Part shown: in pieces, positions 36,047 to 45,348 of the stretch
Position numbering within the stretch: position 1 is the first letter of the stretch
Layout of the letters: the number at the start of each line of letters is the position of its first letter
Assembly (NCBI GenBank): GCA_045653505.1
Contig: JAZOLZ010000007.1
Span: 4,447-68,446 of the forward strand
Origin: Eubacteriales bacterium
GTDB taxonomy: Bacteria > Bacillota > Clostridia > Oscillospirales > CAG-272
DNA: 64,000 bases
Direction of reading: 5' to 3'
Made by a program: the position numbers and the translations under genes
Notes under the pieces: model-generated
Told to the model about the DNA's origin: nothing
The model's input: the letters and a program-made list of their open reading frames with translations, nothing else
The model's database searches: none

Positions 36047-36075
36047 TTGTATTTTTCTCCAAAACACTGTATAAT
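36047..36075 (+). promoter_or_regulatory. candidate sigma-A promoter of the PH-like/SPFH operon
   Basis: TTGTAT, a 17-nt spacer, then TATAAT. Confidence 0.45.
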
Positions 36076-36257
36076 AGTGTTGCCAAACTAACTTAATAAT
36101 TGTGATTTGTGGTATTTTTCTATCTTCAGGGATAACTATACCCTTTTTTAGCCACACTTATCTTATGAATTTGATAAAATGCAAATTCCATCTAGTAAGT
36201 GTGGTAATACCCATTTCACATAGAGTTAGTTTGGCGACTATCGGAGTTTGCGTTTTG
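36076..36257 (+). promoter_or_regulatory. structured 5' leader (nested long-range helices), class unknown
   Basis: 12-bp perfect pairing gccaaactaact (36082-36093) with agttagtttggc (36224-36235). It encloses a 9-bp pairing ccacactta (36152-36160) with taagtgtgg (36196-36204). Confidence 0.45.
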
Positions 36258-36290
36258 GTGCGGTTGCTTCGGTAGCCGCACTTTTTGATT
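36258..36290 (+). terminator. intrinsic terminator inside the leader, just upstream of the RBS
   Basis: gtgcggttgc-ttcg-gtagccgcac followed by tttttgatttt. GGAGG lies at 36293 and the ATG at 36304. Confidence 0.6.
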
Positions 36291-36303
36291 TTGGAGGTAA
36301 AAT

Positions 36304-36876
36304 ATGGAGGATTTAAAATTAGCATCCAACGAGGGCATTATTATTCAAAGCACAGACGTTTTATCAGGCACTCGCTTAATGGACGGTTATACCGATGACC
36401 TTATTCTAACTAACTTAAATATCATCTTAATAAAAAGAGGTGTATTTGGAAAGAAAAAAAGTGAGCAAAGATTCCCTGTTTCTGACATCAAAATAATAAA
36501 CAACAAGCCCCAAGTAATGATGAGCAAAATGAATTCTCGCAACGTCGATCAACTGCAAATAGATTTCAAAAACGGAATCCAACATTTTGAGTTTTCCAAT
36601 AAAAACAAAAAAGAAATTGCAAAGTGGATAAAATCTATTCACGAATTATTGAATTGCAAAGAAGACGGCACAACTATGGACGTAGTAACCGATTCATTAA
36701 AAAAGGGTGTAGATTCAATCAAACAAATTTTTGGCATAAAAACAGATACAAAAAACACCAACGATCCACAAACTCAATTTTTAACTGCAAGATGTCACGG
36801 ATGTAAAGCTCCTTTAAAAGGAACAAGAAAACAAATAGTTAGGTGTTCATACTGTGATACCGAGCACACATTTTAA
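36304..36876 (+). CDS. PH/GRAM-like domain protein with C-terminal zinc ribbon
   Basis: The pattern DDLILTNLNIILIKRG...FPVSDIKII...LQIDFKNGIQHFEFSNKNKKEIAKWIKSI resembles bacterial PH-like domains (inference). The C-terminus CHGCKAPL...CSYCDTEH is a zinc ribbon. Confidence 0.55.
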   Translation: MEDLKLASNEGIIIQSTDVLSGTRLMDGYTDDLILTNLNIILIKRGVFGKKKSEQRFPVSDIKIINNKPQVMMSKMNSRNVDQLQIDFKNGIQHFEFSNKNKKEIAKWIKSIHELLNCKEDGTTMDVVTDSLKKGVDSIKQIFGIKTDTKNTNDPQTQFLTARCHGCKAPLKGTRKQIVRCSYCDTEHTF

Positions 36877-36887
36877 CGGAGGTTACT

Positions 36888-38012
36888 ATGGGACTAATCA
36901 AATCATTTGCGGGTGCAATAAGCGGCACCTTAGCCGATCAATGGAAAGACATAATAACTTCAGATGTCTTTGATACCCACACTTTAATTTCTCCTGGAAT
37001 TAGAAAAACGACCGATAACGACAGAGGAAATGATTATAAAGGTTCTTCCGGCGTAATCTCTAATGGATCAAAAATTTTTGTTCCGGAAAACACCGCCGCA
37101 TTTATATTTAGCCAATCAGGTATAGAAGAAATCATCACTGAACCAGGCGGATACATTTATAAAAATGGAGACTCAAGCATCTTTAATGGTGATGGCTTTA
37201 AAAATTCAATTTTTAAGGAATTAGGAAAGAGATTTCAGTACGGCGGTATCACGGATACCAAAAAAGAAATTTGCTTTGTTAATCTAAGGGAAATAAGGGA
37301 TATAAAGTTTGGAACAAGAGGTGCGCAATTATATAACGATATGTTTTACAAATGTGACCTTGAATTATTTGCATTTGGATCATTTACTGTAAAAGTTATT
37401 GACCCCGTAAAGGTCGTTAAAAATTTCGTGCCCGCTGGCACAAACCATTATTCATTTGATGATCCATCTGCAAGAGAGCAGCTAATATCGGATTTTTTAC
37501 AATCATTTATTGTTGCCATTAATTCTCTTTCAAGCGAGTACAGAATCTCTCAAATCCCTTCACAATCAAATGCACTATCAATACAAATTTCCAAAGACTC
37601 TTTAAACGCAGGGTCGTGGGCAAATAGATTTGGCTTCGAAGTCGTTAAGGTGTCGATTGAAAATATAGAATTATCTGATGAATCTAAGGAATTAGTTAAA
37701 AAATATAATGAAAACAGAATGAACTTATCTGCTTATGAAGGCATTTCACAAAAAGCCTCTAATATTGCAGCTCAACAAAAAATTGCAGAAGGTGTAAAAA
37801 ATAATGGCTTTGGTGATATCGGGGGAATGATGTTTGCCACAGGAATGATTCAAGGACTAAATCCCCAAAATGCATCACAAATTGATCAAGGTAAAAAAAT
37901 GTCTTTCAATGAACAAATTGAAACACTAACAAAATTGAAGGGGTTATTAGATGCAGGTATTTTAACTCAAGAAGAATTTGATACTAAGAAAAAAGAAATT
38001 ATGGGGTTATAA
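36888..38012 (+). CDS. SPFH-like (YdjI / virion-core-protein-like) protein with C-terminal SHOCT domain
   Basis: MGLIKSFAGAISGTLADQWKDIITS parallels MGIIKATFQAIGGALADQWQEVIE of 17062-18321. The tail IETLTKLKGLLDAGILTQEEFDTKKKEIMGL is a SHOCT motif. The gene starts 12 nt after the upstream stop. Confidence 0.7.
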   Translation: MGLIKSFAGAISGTLADQWKDIITSDVFDTHTLISPGIRKTTDNDRGNDYKGSSGVISNGSKIFVPENTAAFIFSQSGIEEIITEPGGYIYKNGDSSIFNGDGFKNSIFKELGKRFQYGGITDTKKEICFVNLREIRDIKFGTRGAQLYNDMFYKCDLELFAFGSFTVKVIDPVKVVKNFVPAGTNHYSFDDPSAREQLISDFLQSFIVAINSLSSEYRISQIPSQSNALSIQISKDSLNAGSWANRFGFEVVKVSIENIELSDESKELVKKYNENRMNLSAYEGISQKASNIAAQQKIAEGVKNNGFGDIGGMMFATGMIQGLNPQNASQIDQGKKMSFNEQIETLTKLKGLLDAGILTQEEFDTKKKEIMGL

Positions 38013-38122
38013 TAGTAAAAAAATACAATGTCGCTTTTTTGCTGTAACCAAATTCAAATGGGAGCAAAACTATTCTCCCAAATACACCCATTATAAAATG
38101 GTATCAAGATTTTAGATTACTC

Positions 38123-38164
38123 ACCAAAAAAACAAAAGGAGTAGATTTTTTTACCTTGTTTTTT
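38123..38164 (+). repeat. degenerate copy of the tRNA-Pro 3' tip plus its terminator
   Basis: accaaaaaaacaaaaggagtagatttttttaccttgtttttt versus 35760-35805 accaaaaaaccaaagggagtagattttttactccctttggttttttt. Confidence 0.55.
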
Positions 38165-38432
38165 CAATGTTTTGTTGTTTGTGAGCAGTTTTTCTGTTCT
38201 TTTTTATACTGATAAATTAAGATGTACCGATATCGCAAATCTAATCTGTAAAAAAGTAAATATTTTTGCAAAAAGGTATGGATTTTTTTACAAAAAGGTA
38301 GTATAATATATAGCCGATGAAAAAGAGCTCAACCATAAAGATATCTATGAGAGCATATATAATACCCTCACATCACATCTGAATGATTCTACTCTCACGT
38401 AATCAAAATACTTTTGAAAGAAGGCGTATTCT

Positions 38433-39719
38433 ATGACTCAAACAGCCAGTATCTTTTTGAGTTTGTCCATCGCTTTACTCGCAGGTCTGCTTTTGTCAAG
38501 GCTTGCCAAGCTTGTAAAGCTCCCCGCAGTTACCGCATATCTGATCTCCGGCGTTTTGATCGGGCCTTTCGTGCTCGGATTGCTGAACATTCCGGGAATC
38601 GGTATCACGGCAGACCAAATCGAAGGCTTCGGGCTTATCTCCGATCTTGCCCTTGGCTTTATAGCATTTTCTATGGGAAATGAGTTCAGAATTTCTCAGC
38701 TGAAGAAGATCGGTAAGCAAGCAACCGTAATCGGAGTACTTCAAGCATTGATCACTACCATAGTGGTTGACGTTGCCTTGATCTCGCTGCATTTCGCAAT
38801 GCCTGACACACTCTCCATCCCGGCCGCCATCGTTCTTGCATCGGTTGCGACAGCAACGGCTCCTGCCGCTACGCTGATGGTTATCAAGCAGTACAAAGCA
38901 AAGGGACCGGTTACAGACGTTCTCCTTCCCGTCGTTGCACTTGACGATGCAGTCGGTCTTGTGATTTTTGCCATTTCCTTCGGTGTGGCAAGATCATTGG
39001 GATCAGCAGGCGTAAGTCCGCTTGCTATTGTTCTTGAGCCGCTGATTGAGATTGTTTTGTCGCTGCTGCTCGGCTTTGTGATGGGATTGCTCTTTACACT
39101 CTGCGAGAAGTATTTCCATTCGCGCTCCAAGCGTATGGCAGTTTCGGTTACTTTCATTATGCTGACCGTTGCTATCTCCAACTTGAGGTTTGAAGTTAAC
39201 GGCATACATATTTGCTTTTCATCATTACTTGCCTGCATGATGCTCGGTACAGTATTCTGTAACATCTGCGAGGTTTCTGAGGAACTGATGGAAAGAGCCG
39301 ACAGATGGACTACCCCGGTGCTGATTTTGTTCTTTGTAATCAGCGGCGCGGAGCTTGATCTCTTGGTATTCGCGCAGTGGACTGTCGTGCTCGTTGGTGT
39401 CGTTTACATCATTTCACGTTCTCTAGGTAAATATTACGGCGCAAATATCAGCGCAAGAATGACTAAATCCGACCCCAACATTGTAAAATACCTCGGTATC
39501 ACCTTGCTTCCCCAGGCGGGCGTTGCACTTGGTATGGCCAACAAAGCTATCGAGCTTGGTTACGATGGAGCAATCGTTCATAACATAACGTTATTTGCCG
39601 TCCTGATTTATGAGATCGTCGGACCATTCCTTACAAAAATTGCCCTTACCAAAGCCGGCGATATCAAGGAGGAAGGTCGCACAAGCGCACGTGAAGAACA
39701 CCTTGCCAAAAAGCACTAA
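38433..39719 (+). CDS. cation:proton antiporter (CPA2/Kef-type)
   Basis: LSIALLAGLLLSRLAKLVKLPAVTAYLISGVLIGPFVLGLL is typical of the Na+/H+ exchanger family. About 12 TM helices. Confidence 0.85.
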   Translation: MTQTASIFLSLSIALLAGLLLSRLAKLVKLPAVTAYLISGVLIGPFVLGLLNIPGIGITADQIEGFGLISDLALGFIAFSMGNEFRISQLKKIGKQATVIGVLQALITTIVVDVALISLHFAMPDTLSIPAAIVLASVATATAPAATLMVIKQYKAKGPVTDVLLPVVALDDAVGLVIFAISFGVARSLGSAGVSPLAIVLEPLIEIVLSLLLGFVMGLLFTLCEKYFHSRSKRMAVSVTFIMLTVAISNLRFEVNGIHICFSSLLACMMLGTVFCNICEVSEELMERADRWTTPVLILFFVISGAELDLLVFAQWTVVLVGVVYIISRSLGKYYGANISARMTKSDPNIVKYLGITLLPQAGVALGMANKAIELGYDGAIVHNITLFAVLIYEIVGPFLTKIALTKAGDIKEEGRTSAREEHLAKKH

Positions 39720-39905
39720 AGTGAATATTTCTATTTAATAAAAGCGATGAGATTTTTGCTCTCATCGCTTTTATTATACTAACGGTTATTAAATTTCCCC
39801 GTTCTTCCTTTATCCCCTTTCGCAACTACAATATAAAAACATCTTGTAAACTTTAATTTTATGTGTTAAAATTACTATAGAATATTTTATGAAAAGGAGA
39901 AAAAT

Positions 39906-41432
39906 ATGGCTCATTATCTTGAACTCAAGGACTGTGGACTTGAGGCTATGCGCGAAATCAATCCCCGTCTTGTATCCTATAACGTGGAGATGACCGAGGT
40001 TACAGGCGGCACATTCTGGAAAGCATATACCGAGGCTCAGATTGCGGGAACAGAGGAGTTTCCCAAACTTGAAGGCGGATTTTCAAATCATACTGCTATG
40101 GCAGGACTTATGCAATATTATCCCCCGATTGACACAACAAATGAAAAGCTTATTGCTCTTGCAAAGGAACTTGGCTCAGTTTGGGTACGTGTCAGCGGTA
40201 CGTGGGCAACTAAGACATACTATGACTTTGACGGTACAACGGGCGGCAAGGCTCCCGAGGGATACCAGAGTGTGCTCACACGTGAGCAGTGGTCTAACAT
40301 AATTAATTTTGTAAAGGCAATTGACGGTAAACTTCTTGTATCTGCAAGTAACTGTGCCGGTGACCACAAAGACGGCGGTCCACTTGATCTTACTCAGATC
40401 AAGAAGCTCTTTGCTCTTACCGATGAACTTGGTGGCAAAATTGATGCTTTTGAATTTATGAACGAACCTAATATGCTCCAGGTATCGGGCGCTCCTTTGG
40501 GTTACAACTTTGCCGACTACGTGCGCGACCAGGATATTGCACACGCCTGGGTAAGAGAAAATTACCCCGAGTGCCTTATCGTAGGCCCCTGTAACACAGG
40601 TCTTACCGATGATAAGCCCGGTGATGACCCTATGTCCAAAATGGGATCAGGCATGGGTGATATGATGGTTATGGGCTCTGTCCACGACCTTATGCGCGGA
40701 CATAAGGTAAAGATGGACGTTTACTCTTATCACTACTATAACGGTATTTCAGAGCGTCTTGCATCAATGATGCCTCAGGGTCACTGGCCTGCAGAGGCGG
40801 CTCACACAGATATGTACCTTGCAGTTGCTCCCGCTACCTGCAAGAGCAACACCGTCCCCCGTGACAAGTACGTGCCCGGCGGCGAAATGTGGGTAACCGA
40901 GTCAGGCGATGCAGGCGGAGGTGGAGATACTTGGGCTTCCACATATCTTGACGTTCTGCGTACTCTTAACGAGCTCGGTAGTTTCTGCACCATCACAAAC
41001 GGCGTAATATTCCACAACACACTCGCTTCTTCCGACTACGGTTTCTTACAGCACGGCAGTTTTGACCCAAGACCCAACTACTTTGCCGCCCTTATGTGGA
41101 CAAAGCTTATGGGTAACGTCTGCTATAAGGCAGAGAACCCCGGCAAGGAGGGTGCGCACGTTTACGCTCACTCACGCAAGGACGGTAAGGATGGCTACTG
41201 CTATCTTGTTATAAACAACTCTCTTACAGAGGAGACAACAATCTCTGTCCCCAAGGATGCAACCCTTTACACTCTTTCAGGCAATGGAAATATGAGAAGC
41301 AAGGTTATGTATCTTAACGGCAAGCCTCTCACACTTGGTGAGAACAATGCTCTGCCCTGCCTTTGCGGAGAAAATATCAAAGCAGGAAAATACAAGCTCC
41401 CTAAGGGCTCATGTAGCTTTATAGTTATCTGA
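39906..41432 (+). CDS. clan GH-A glycoside hydrolase, GH79 (heparanase/beta-glucuronidase)-like
   Basis: FEFMNEPN is the acid/base NEP motif and WVTESGDAGGGG holds a nucleophile Glu candidate. The family assignment is tentative. Confidence 0.5.
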   Translation: MAHYLELKDCGLEAMREINPRLVSYNVEMTEVTGGTFWKAYTEAQIAGTEEFPKLEGGFSNHTAMAGLMQYYPPIDTTNEKLIALAKELGSVWVRVSGTWATKTYYDFDGTTGGKAPEGYQSVLTREQWSNIINFVKAIDGKLLVSASNCAGDHKDGGPLDLTQIKKLFALTDELGGKIDAFEFMNEPNMLQVSGAPLGYNFADYVRDQDIAHAWVRENYPECLIVGPCNTGLTDDKPGDDPMSKMGSGMGDMMVMGSVHDLMRGHKVKMDVYSYHYYNGISERLASMMPQGHWPAEAAHTDMYLAVAPATCKSNTVPRDKYVPGGEMWVTESGDAGGGGDTWASTYLDVLRTLNELGSFCTITNGVIFHNTLASSDYGFLQHGSFDPRPNYFAALMWTKLMGNVCYKAENPGKEGAHVYAHSRKDGKDGYCYLVINNSLTEETTISVPKDATLYTLSGNGNMRSKVMYLNGKPLTLGENNALPCLCGENIKAGKYKLPKGSCSFIVI

Positions 41433-41622
41433 TAAATTAAAATATTACTGAAAAAAGAGCAGACATACAAGATTTTCTTGTGTGTCTACTCTTTTTGCTT
41501 ATATGGGGTGGGCTTAACCCATTTGACCGGTCAAATACAATGCTTTCGCTTTTGTCAAAAACAAACATTCTGATAAGAGAATCGCCTGTTGCTTTTGTGC
41601 TCCTTTTGATTTTTATTAGGCT

Positions 41623-41823
41623 ATGAAGGAAATGGGCAGCGCTAAGGCGTATCTTTGCGGTCATATGCACGTTCTTTCATATCACGTAAAAATGGACGGA
41701 ATAATATTAGGTTTTTGCCCGCAAATGTGCGTTACCACAAAGGGCCGCGGCAAGCGCAGCACCTGCCTTTATACGTTTGATGAATCCTTTGATTTAAATG
41801 TTACGCTTGTTGATGAGCCGTAG
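41623..41823 (+). pseudogene. 3' remnant of a metallophosphoesterase gene
   Basis: The 66-aa ORF has only the last calcineurin-like motif (AYLCGHMHVLSY). There is no upstream open frame or RBS. Confidence 0.5.
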
Positions 41824-42030
41824 TATTTTTAAACAAAACCAAGAAGAATGTAAATTTTTATTTACTTTCAAAGCATTTTAAGTTAAAAAATGGCTTAGGT
41901 ATCCTATAAAGATAGGTGTATCTAAGCCATTTTATTATATTAGTCTACGTATAGGTTGACGGTGAGATTACCGTCATGCGTTTAGGTTTTATAAATAGCG
42001 ATAGGTCGGGCTATGTTTTTATATAATGAA

Positions 42031-42690
42031 TTAGCCCTCTGTACCAAACAGGATGCTTTTAAAAAGTTTTGTTGTTTTATCAAGACCTAAAGTTTTTTTG
42101 AATACATCTGTCGATGGACCGCCATTTGTCAAAAGGCCATCTACGTAAAGAGCCGCCTTTTCCTTTTTCGATTCCGGATCAAAATCGGCATCACAGGGAG
42201 CATCAAGATACACCTTGAAATACTCTGCCGTCATCTCATCAAGACGTGATGTTTGTGCCTTTTTGCCTTTTTTTGAAATGCTCTGTGATAACTTTATACT
42301 ATCGTACCAATGCTCACCGGGATCTCTCTCACAGATATCAGCATATCTCTGTTTTACAGTGTCGAGTTTTGAAAGATCGCATGCCCCAGATAGGGTATCG
42401 TAAAGTTCGACAATAAGAGTATCGTTGCCCATAGCGTAAATTCTGTCATAGGAATAAAGGGGCAGATCCTTTTGTTTGGGATTGATAATGAGCGTATCCA
42501 TTTTCATAAGTCCGAAAAATCCTTTAGCCCGCATAATCGAAACGTGACCTAAGCCCTCAGCATTATAGGCAGAGAGTGTAAAGGTCATACCGTTTGCCTT
42601 AAGGGTCTGCATTTCTCCGAGAGGAATGTCTGTAAGGGGATATTTTTCTTTAATAATTTCAAGTATTTTTTCTGTCATATCAAAACTCAC
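42031..42690 (-). CDS. hypothetical protein (219 aa)
   Basis: Clean ORF. No motif confidently recognised. Confidence 0.5.
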   Translation of the reverse strand: MSFDMTEKILEIIKEKYPLTDIPLGEMQTLKANGMTFTLSAYNAEGLGHVSIMRAKGFFGLMKMDTLIINPKQKDLPLYSYDRIYAMGNDTLIVELYDTLSGACDLSKLDTVKQRYADICERDPGEHWYDSIKLSQSISKKGKKAQTSRLDEMTAEYFKVYLDAPCDADFDPESKKEKAALYVDGLLTNGGPSTDVFKKTLGLDKTTKLFKSILFGTEG

Positions 42691-42741
42691 TTTCGTATAT
42701 TTGTATCAATAAAATTTATAAATTAAGGACATTGTTGCCTC

Positions 42742-43158
42742 TTAAAACAGTTCTTTTTTAAACCATTGATGGGCTCTGCCCTGCTCGTAATCAACATCAC
42801 CAAATTTAAAGTAGCCGATTTTTTCATAAAAATCCTTGGCGTGATACTGCGCGTGGATAAGGATAAACGGTATGCCGTTTACTCTTGCATAATCCTCGGC
42901 AAAGGTGACAATCTTTTTACCAATGCCCTGCCCGCGCAAGTGCTTTACCACCGCGATACGGCCAAGGATACATTCTCCGCTTTCCTTTTTTAAAAGACGG
43001 GCTGTAGCTACGGCATCTGTGCCCTCGTATGCAACAAAATGCACTGAATGTGCATCATCATCATTTTCCCCATCACTAAAGCCCTGCTCATTTACAAAAA
43101 TTTGTATGCGTAAATCAAGAGCGTCTTTAGGAAGTTTTTCAAAGACTTTAATTTGCAT
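42742..43158 (-). CDS. GNAT-family N-acetyltransferase
   Basis: RIAVVKHLRGQGIGKKIV is the acetyl-CoA binding motif (Q/RxxGxG/A). Confidence 0.85.
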   Translation of the reverse strand: MQIKVFEKLPKDALDLRIQIFVNEQGFSDGENDDDAHSVHFVAYEGTDAVATARLLKKESGECILGRIAVVKHLRGQGIGKKIVTFAEDYARVNGIPFILIHAQYHAKDFYEKIGYFKFGDVDYEQGRAHQWFKKELF

Positions 43159-43233
43159 TGTAGTATCCCTTTTCGCGTTTTTTGGGGTTGTTTTAGAAAC
43201 TTTAGTTTGCTTTTTGGCACTATATATATTGAA

Positions 43234-44199
43234 TCATGCCTCAAGGTGAGCAAATATTTTATCCCAAACCTCGCTATCCTGGGCAGTCATTCTATGCCAG
43301 TTGAAACTGTTTTTAAAGGCATTTTTTTCTTCATCAGTAGTCAGTTTTTTAGCCTTAAGAGCCTTGGTATAAGTGCTAAAGAAAGCGTCCTTATATGCAA
43401 CGGCATCAGCAGTATAGTTGGGGTTATGCCCCTTGCCGCTTACAAGGCAAAGAGAGATGTTTTTGTTATCTTTAAGAGCCTCAAGAAGTATATCGTAGCT
43501 ATGCTCCTTTTTAACCATATTATCGTTATCCGAGTAGATAAGGAGAGTTTTGGCATTTGTGTTTTTAAGTGTTTCAATACCGTCGCAGTCAACAAAGTCG
43601 GGGTTGGCGTCCTTTTCAAGATTATATATCGCCTTTTGCCAAGGAGATAAAAGACCGCCAAAATACTGCTTTATCATACGCATAGGTGAGACAAAGCCCG
43701 AAATTACAACTGCGTGCGTGATGTCGGGATGGTATGCCGCAATATTCATTGTAGAAAAACCGCCCCAGCTATGACCTATTACGGATATTGAATAGCCGTT
43801 TAAAGCATCAATACCTTTAAGAGATGAAAGACAATCGTCAAGATCAGACAGCGACTGAGAAAGACCGTTGGTGTTTTCACCCTCAGAGGTCATACAACCC
43901 GTATGGTCGTAGGAGAATACCAAATAGCCCGCCTTGGCAATAGTCTCAATCTCACGCATATAGGAAAGGTGACCGCCGCCAAAACCGTGGTCAAAGACAA
44001 CTATCCTGTTTGCCTTAGGATTATCATACCAATAAAAATTGCCCTTTAAGGTATTACCCCTTTTGGATTTAAACTCAAAGGGGTGGTGGTTAAGACCCTC
44101 AAAATCCTTATTAGAAAAATAGAATATCGCGCCACTGTCATCGCACCTGACGTGCATCTGTGACTTAAAGACGTTTACAAAAAATTTATCAAAAATCAT
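43234..44199 (-). CDS. alpha/beta hydrolase
   Basis: Nucleophile elbow GHSWGG, with Asp and His further downstream (SDNDNMV, GKGHN). Confidence 0.75.
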   Translation of the reverse strand: MIFDKFFVNVFKSQMHVRCDDSGAIFYFSNKDFEGLNHHPFEFKSKRGNTLKGNFYWYDNPKANRIVVFDHGFGGGHLSYMREIETIAKAGYLVFSYDHTGCMTSEGENTNGLSQSLSDLDDCLSSLKGIDALNGYSISVIGHSWGGFSTMNIAAYHPDITHAVVISGFVSPMRMIKQYFGGLLSPWQKAIYNLEKDANPDFVDCDGIETLKNTNAKTLLIYSDNDNMVKKEHSYDILLEALKDNKNISLCLVSGKGHNPNYTADAVAYKDAFFSTYTKALKAKKLTTDEEKNAFKNSFNWHRMTAQDSEVWDKIFAHLEA

Positions 44200-44333
44200 A
44201 ATTCCTCCAAAAAGAACCTATTAGTCTTTAAATAGATTTTAGCACATATTAATTTCTTTTGCAAGGGTAAAGGGAGTGGACATTTTAAAAAATATATGTT
44301 AAAATAAGAATATAAAACAAAAGGGAGCCGATT

Positions 44334-45182
44334 ATGGCAAATTTGATTAAGATAGATAGCCTTGAGGTAAGCGAGCTTGACGTATACGTGAGGCTGACGG
44401 GCGCACAGTTAAGAAACAAACTGGAGCCGCAAAAAAGCATATTTATTGCAGAGAGCCCTGAGGTGATAAGAGTGGCGCTAAAGAGTGGGTGCGAGCCTGT
44501 ATCACTGCTGACCGATGAAAGATTTTTGGAAAGCGGGGTTAAGGACATAGTAGAACGCTTTGAGCGTGACTACCCCACCCTGCCTATTTATATTGCGAGC
44601 CGTGATGTGCTTAAGGATTTGACCGGCTTTGAACTGACGCGCGGAGCACTGTGCGCTATGAAAAGACCGCCTGAGAAAAGTGTCCGAGAGTTATGTGAAA
44701 ACGCAAGGCGAATAGCGGTGTTTGAAAACGTGTGCGACTCAACGAATATAGGCGCGCTCTTCCGCTGCGCGGCGGCGTTTGACATTGATGCCGTACTGCT
44801 TACACCAAGCTGCTGTGACGCACTCTCAAGACGCGCGGTAAGAGTAAGCATGGGTACGGTCTTTCAGGTGCCGTTTGCCAGAATTGGCAAGACCAATAAG
44901 GACTGGCCATACCCTGCTATAGATGAACTGAAAAATATGTGCTTTAAAACGGTGGCTATGGCACTTAAGGATGACTCATATTCTATTGAGGATAATACCC
45001 TTAAGGCTGAAGAAAGGCTTGCTATAATCCTTGGTACAGAGGGCGACGGACTGAAAGAAGAAACTATTGCAAAATGCGACTATACGGTAAAAATACCGAT
45101 GTCACACGGAGTTGACTCGCTTAACGTAGCCGCCGCGGGAGCGGTGGCGTTTTGGGAACTGACAAAGCCCTCAAAACCTTGA
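44334..45182 (+). CDS. TrmH/SpoU-family RNA 2'-O-methyltransferase
   Basis: ENVCDSTNIGALFRCAAAF, ILGTEGDGL and IPMSHGVDSLNVAAAGAVAFW are SpoU motifs 1-3. Confidence 0.85.
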   Translation: MANLIKIDSLEVSELDVYVRLTGAQLRNKLEPQKSIFIAESPEVIRVALKSGCEPVSLLTDERFLESGVKDIVERFERDYPTLPIYIASRDVLKDLTGFELTRGALCAMKRPPEKSVRELCENARRIAVFENVCDSTNIGALFRCAAAFDIDAVLLTPSCCDALSRRAVRVSMGTVFQVPFARIGKTNKDWPYPAIDELKNMCFKTVAMALKDDSYSIEDNTLKAEERLAIILGTEGDGLKEETIAKCDYTVKIPMSHGVDSLNVAAAGAVAFWELTKPSKP

Positions 45183-45348
45183 CGGCAGAGAGAAAGAAGT
45201 CAAGAGCGAATAGTGAAGGGTGGAGGTAAAATGCGCACTTAGTTTTACATTTTTGCGCTTTTTAGATAAAAACAAGGCGTTACAGCTAGATACTGTAACG
45301 CCTTGTTTTAAATATGCTCCCTTATTTTTGTTAAACAGATTTTAGTGC

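Noticed and set aside
36165-36275. 36-codon upstream ORF (MNLIKCKFHLVS...) in the leader, ending inside the terminator stem, as a leader-peptide attenuator
   Set aside because: No Shine-Dalgarno sequence precedes its ATG, and there is no run of regulatory codons. The RNA-structure explanation is simpler. It is kept only as an alternative under the leader finding.
42031-42690. Ferredoxin-dependent bilin reductase-like assignment for the 219-aa protein
   Set aside because: The idea rests only on a vague resemblance (MDTLIINPKQKDLPLYSYDRI versus the xFPxxxxDLPIFGxD region). That is insufficient without a profile search, so the protein is left as hypothetical.
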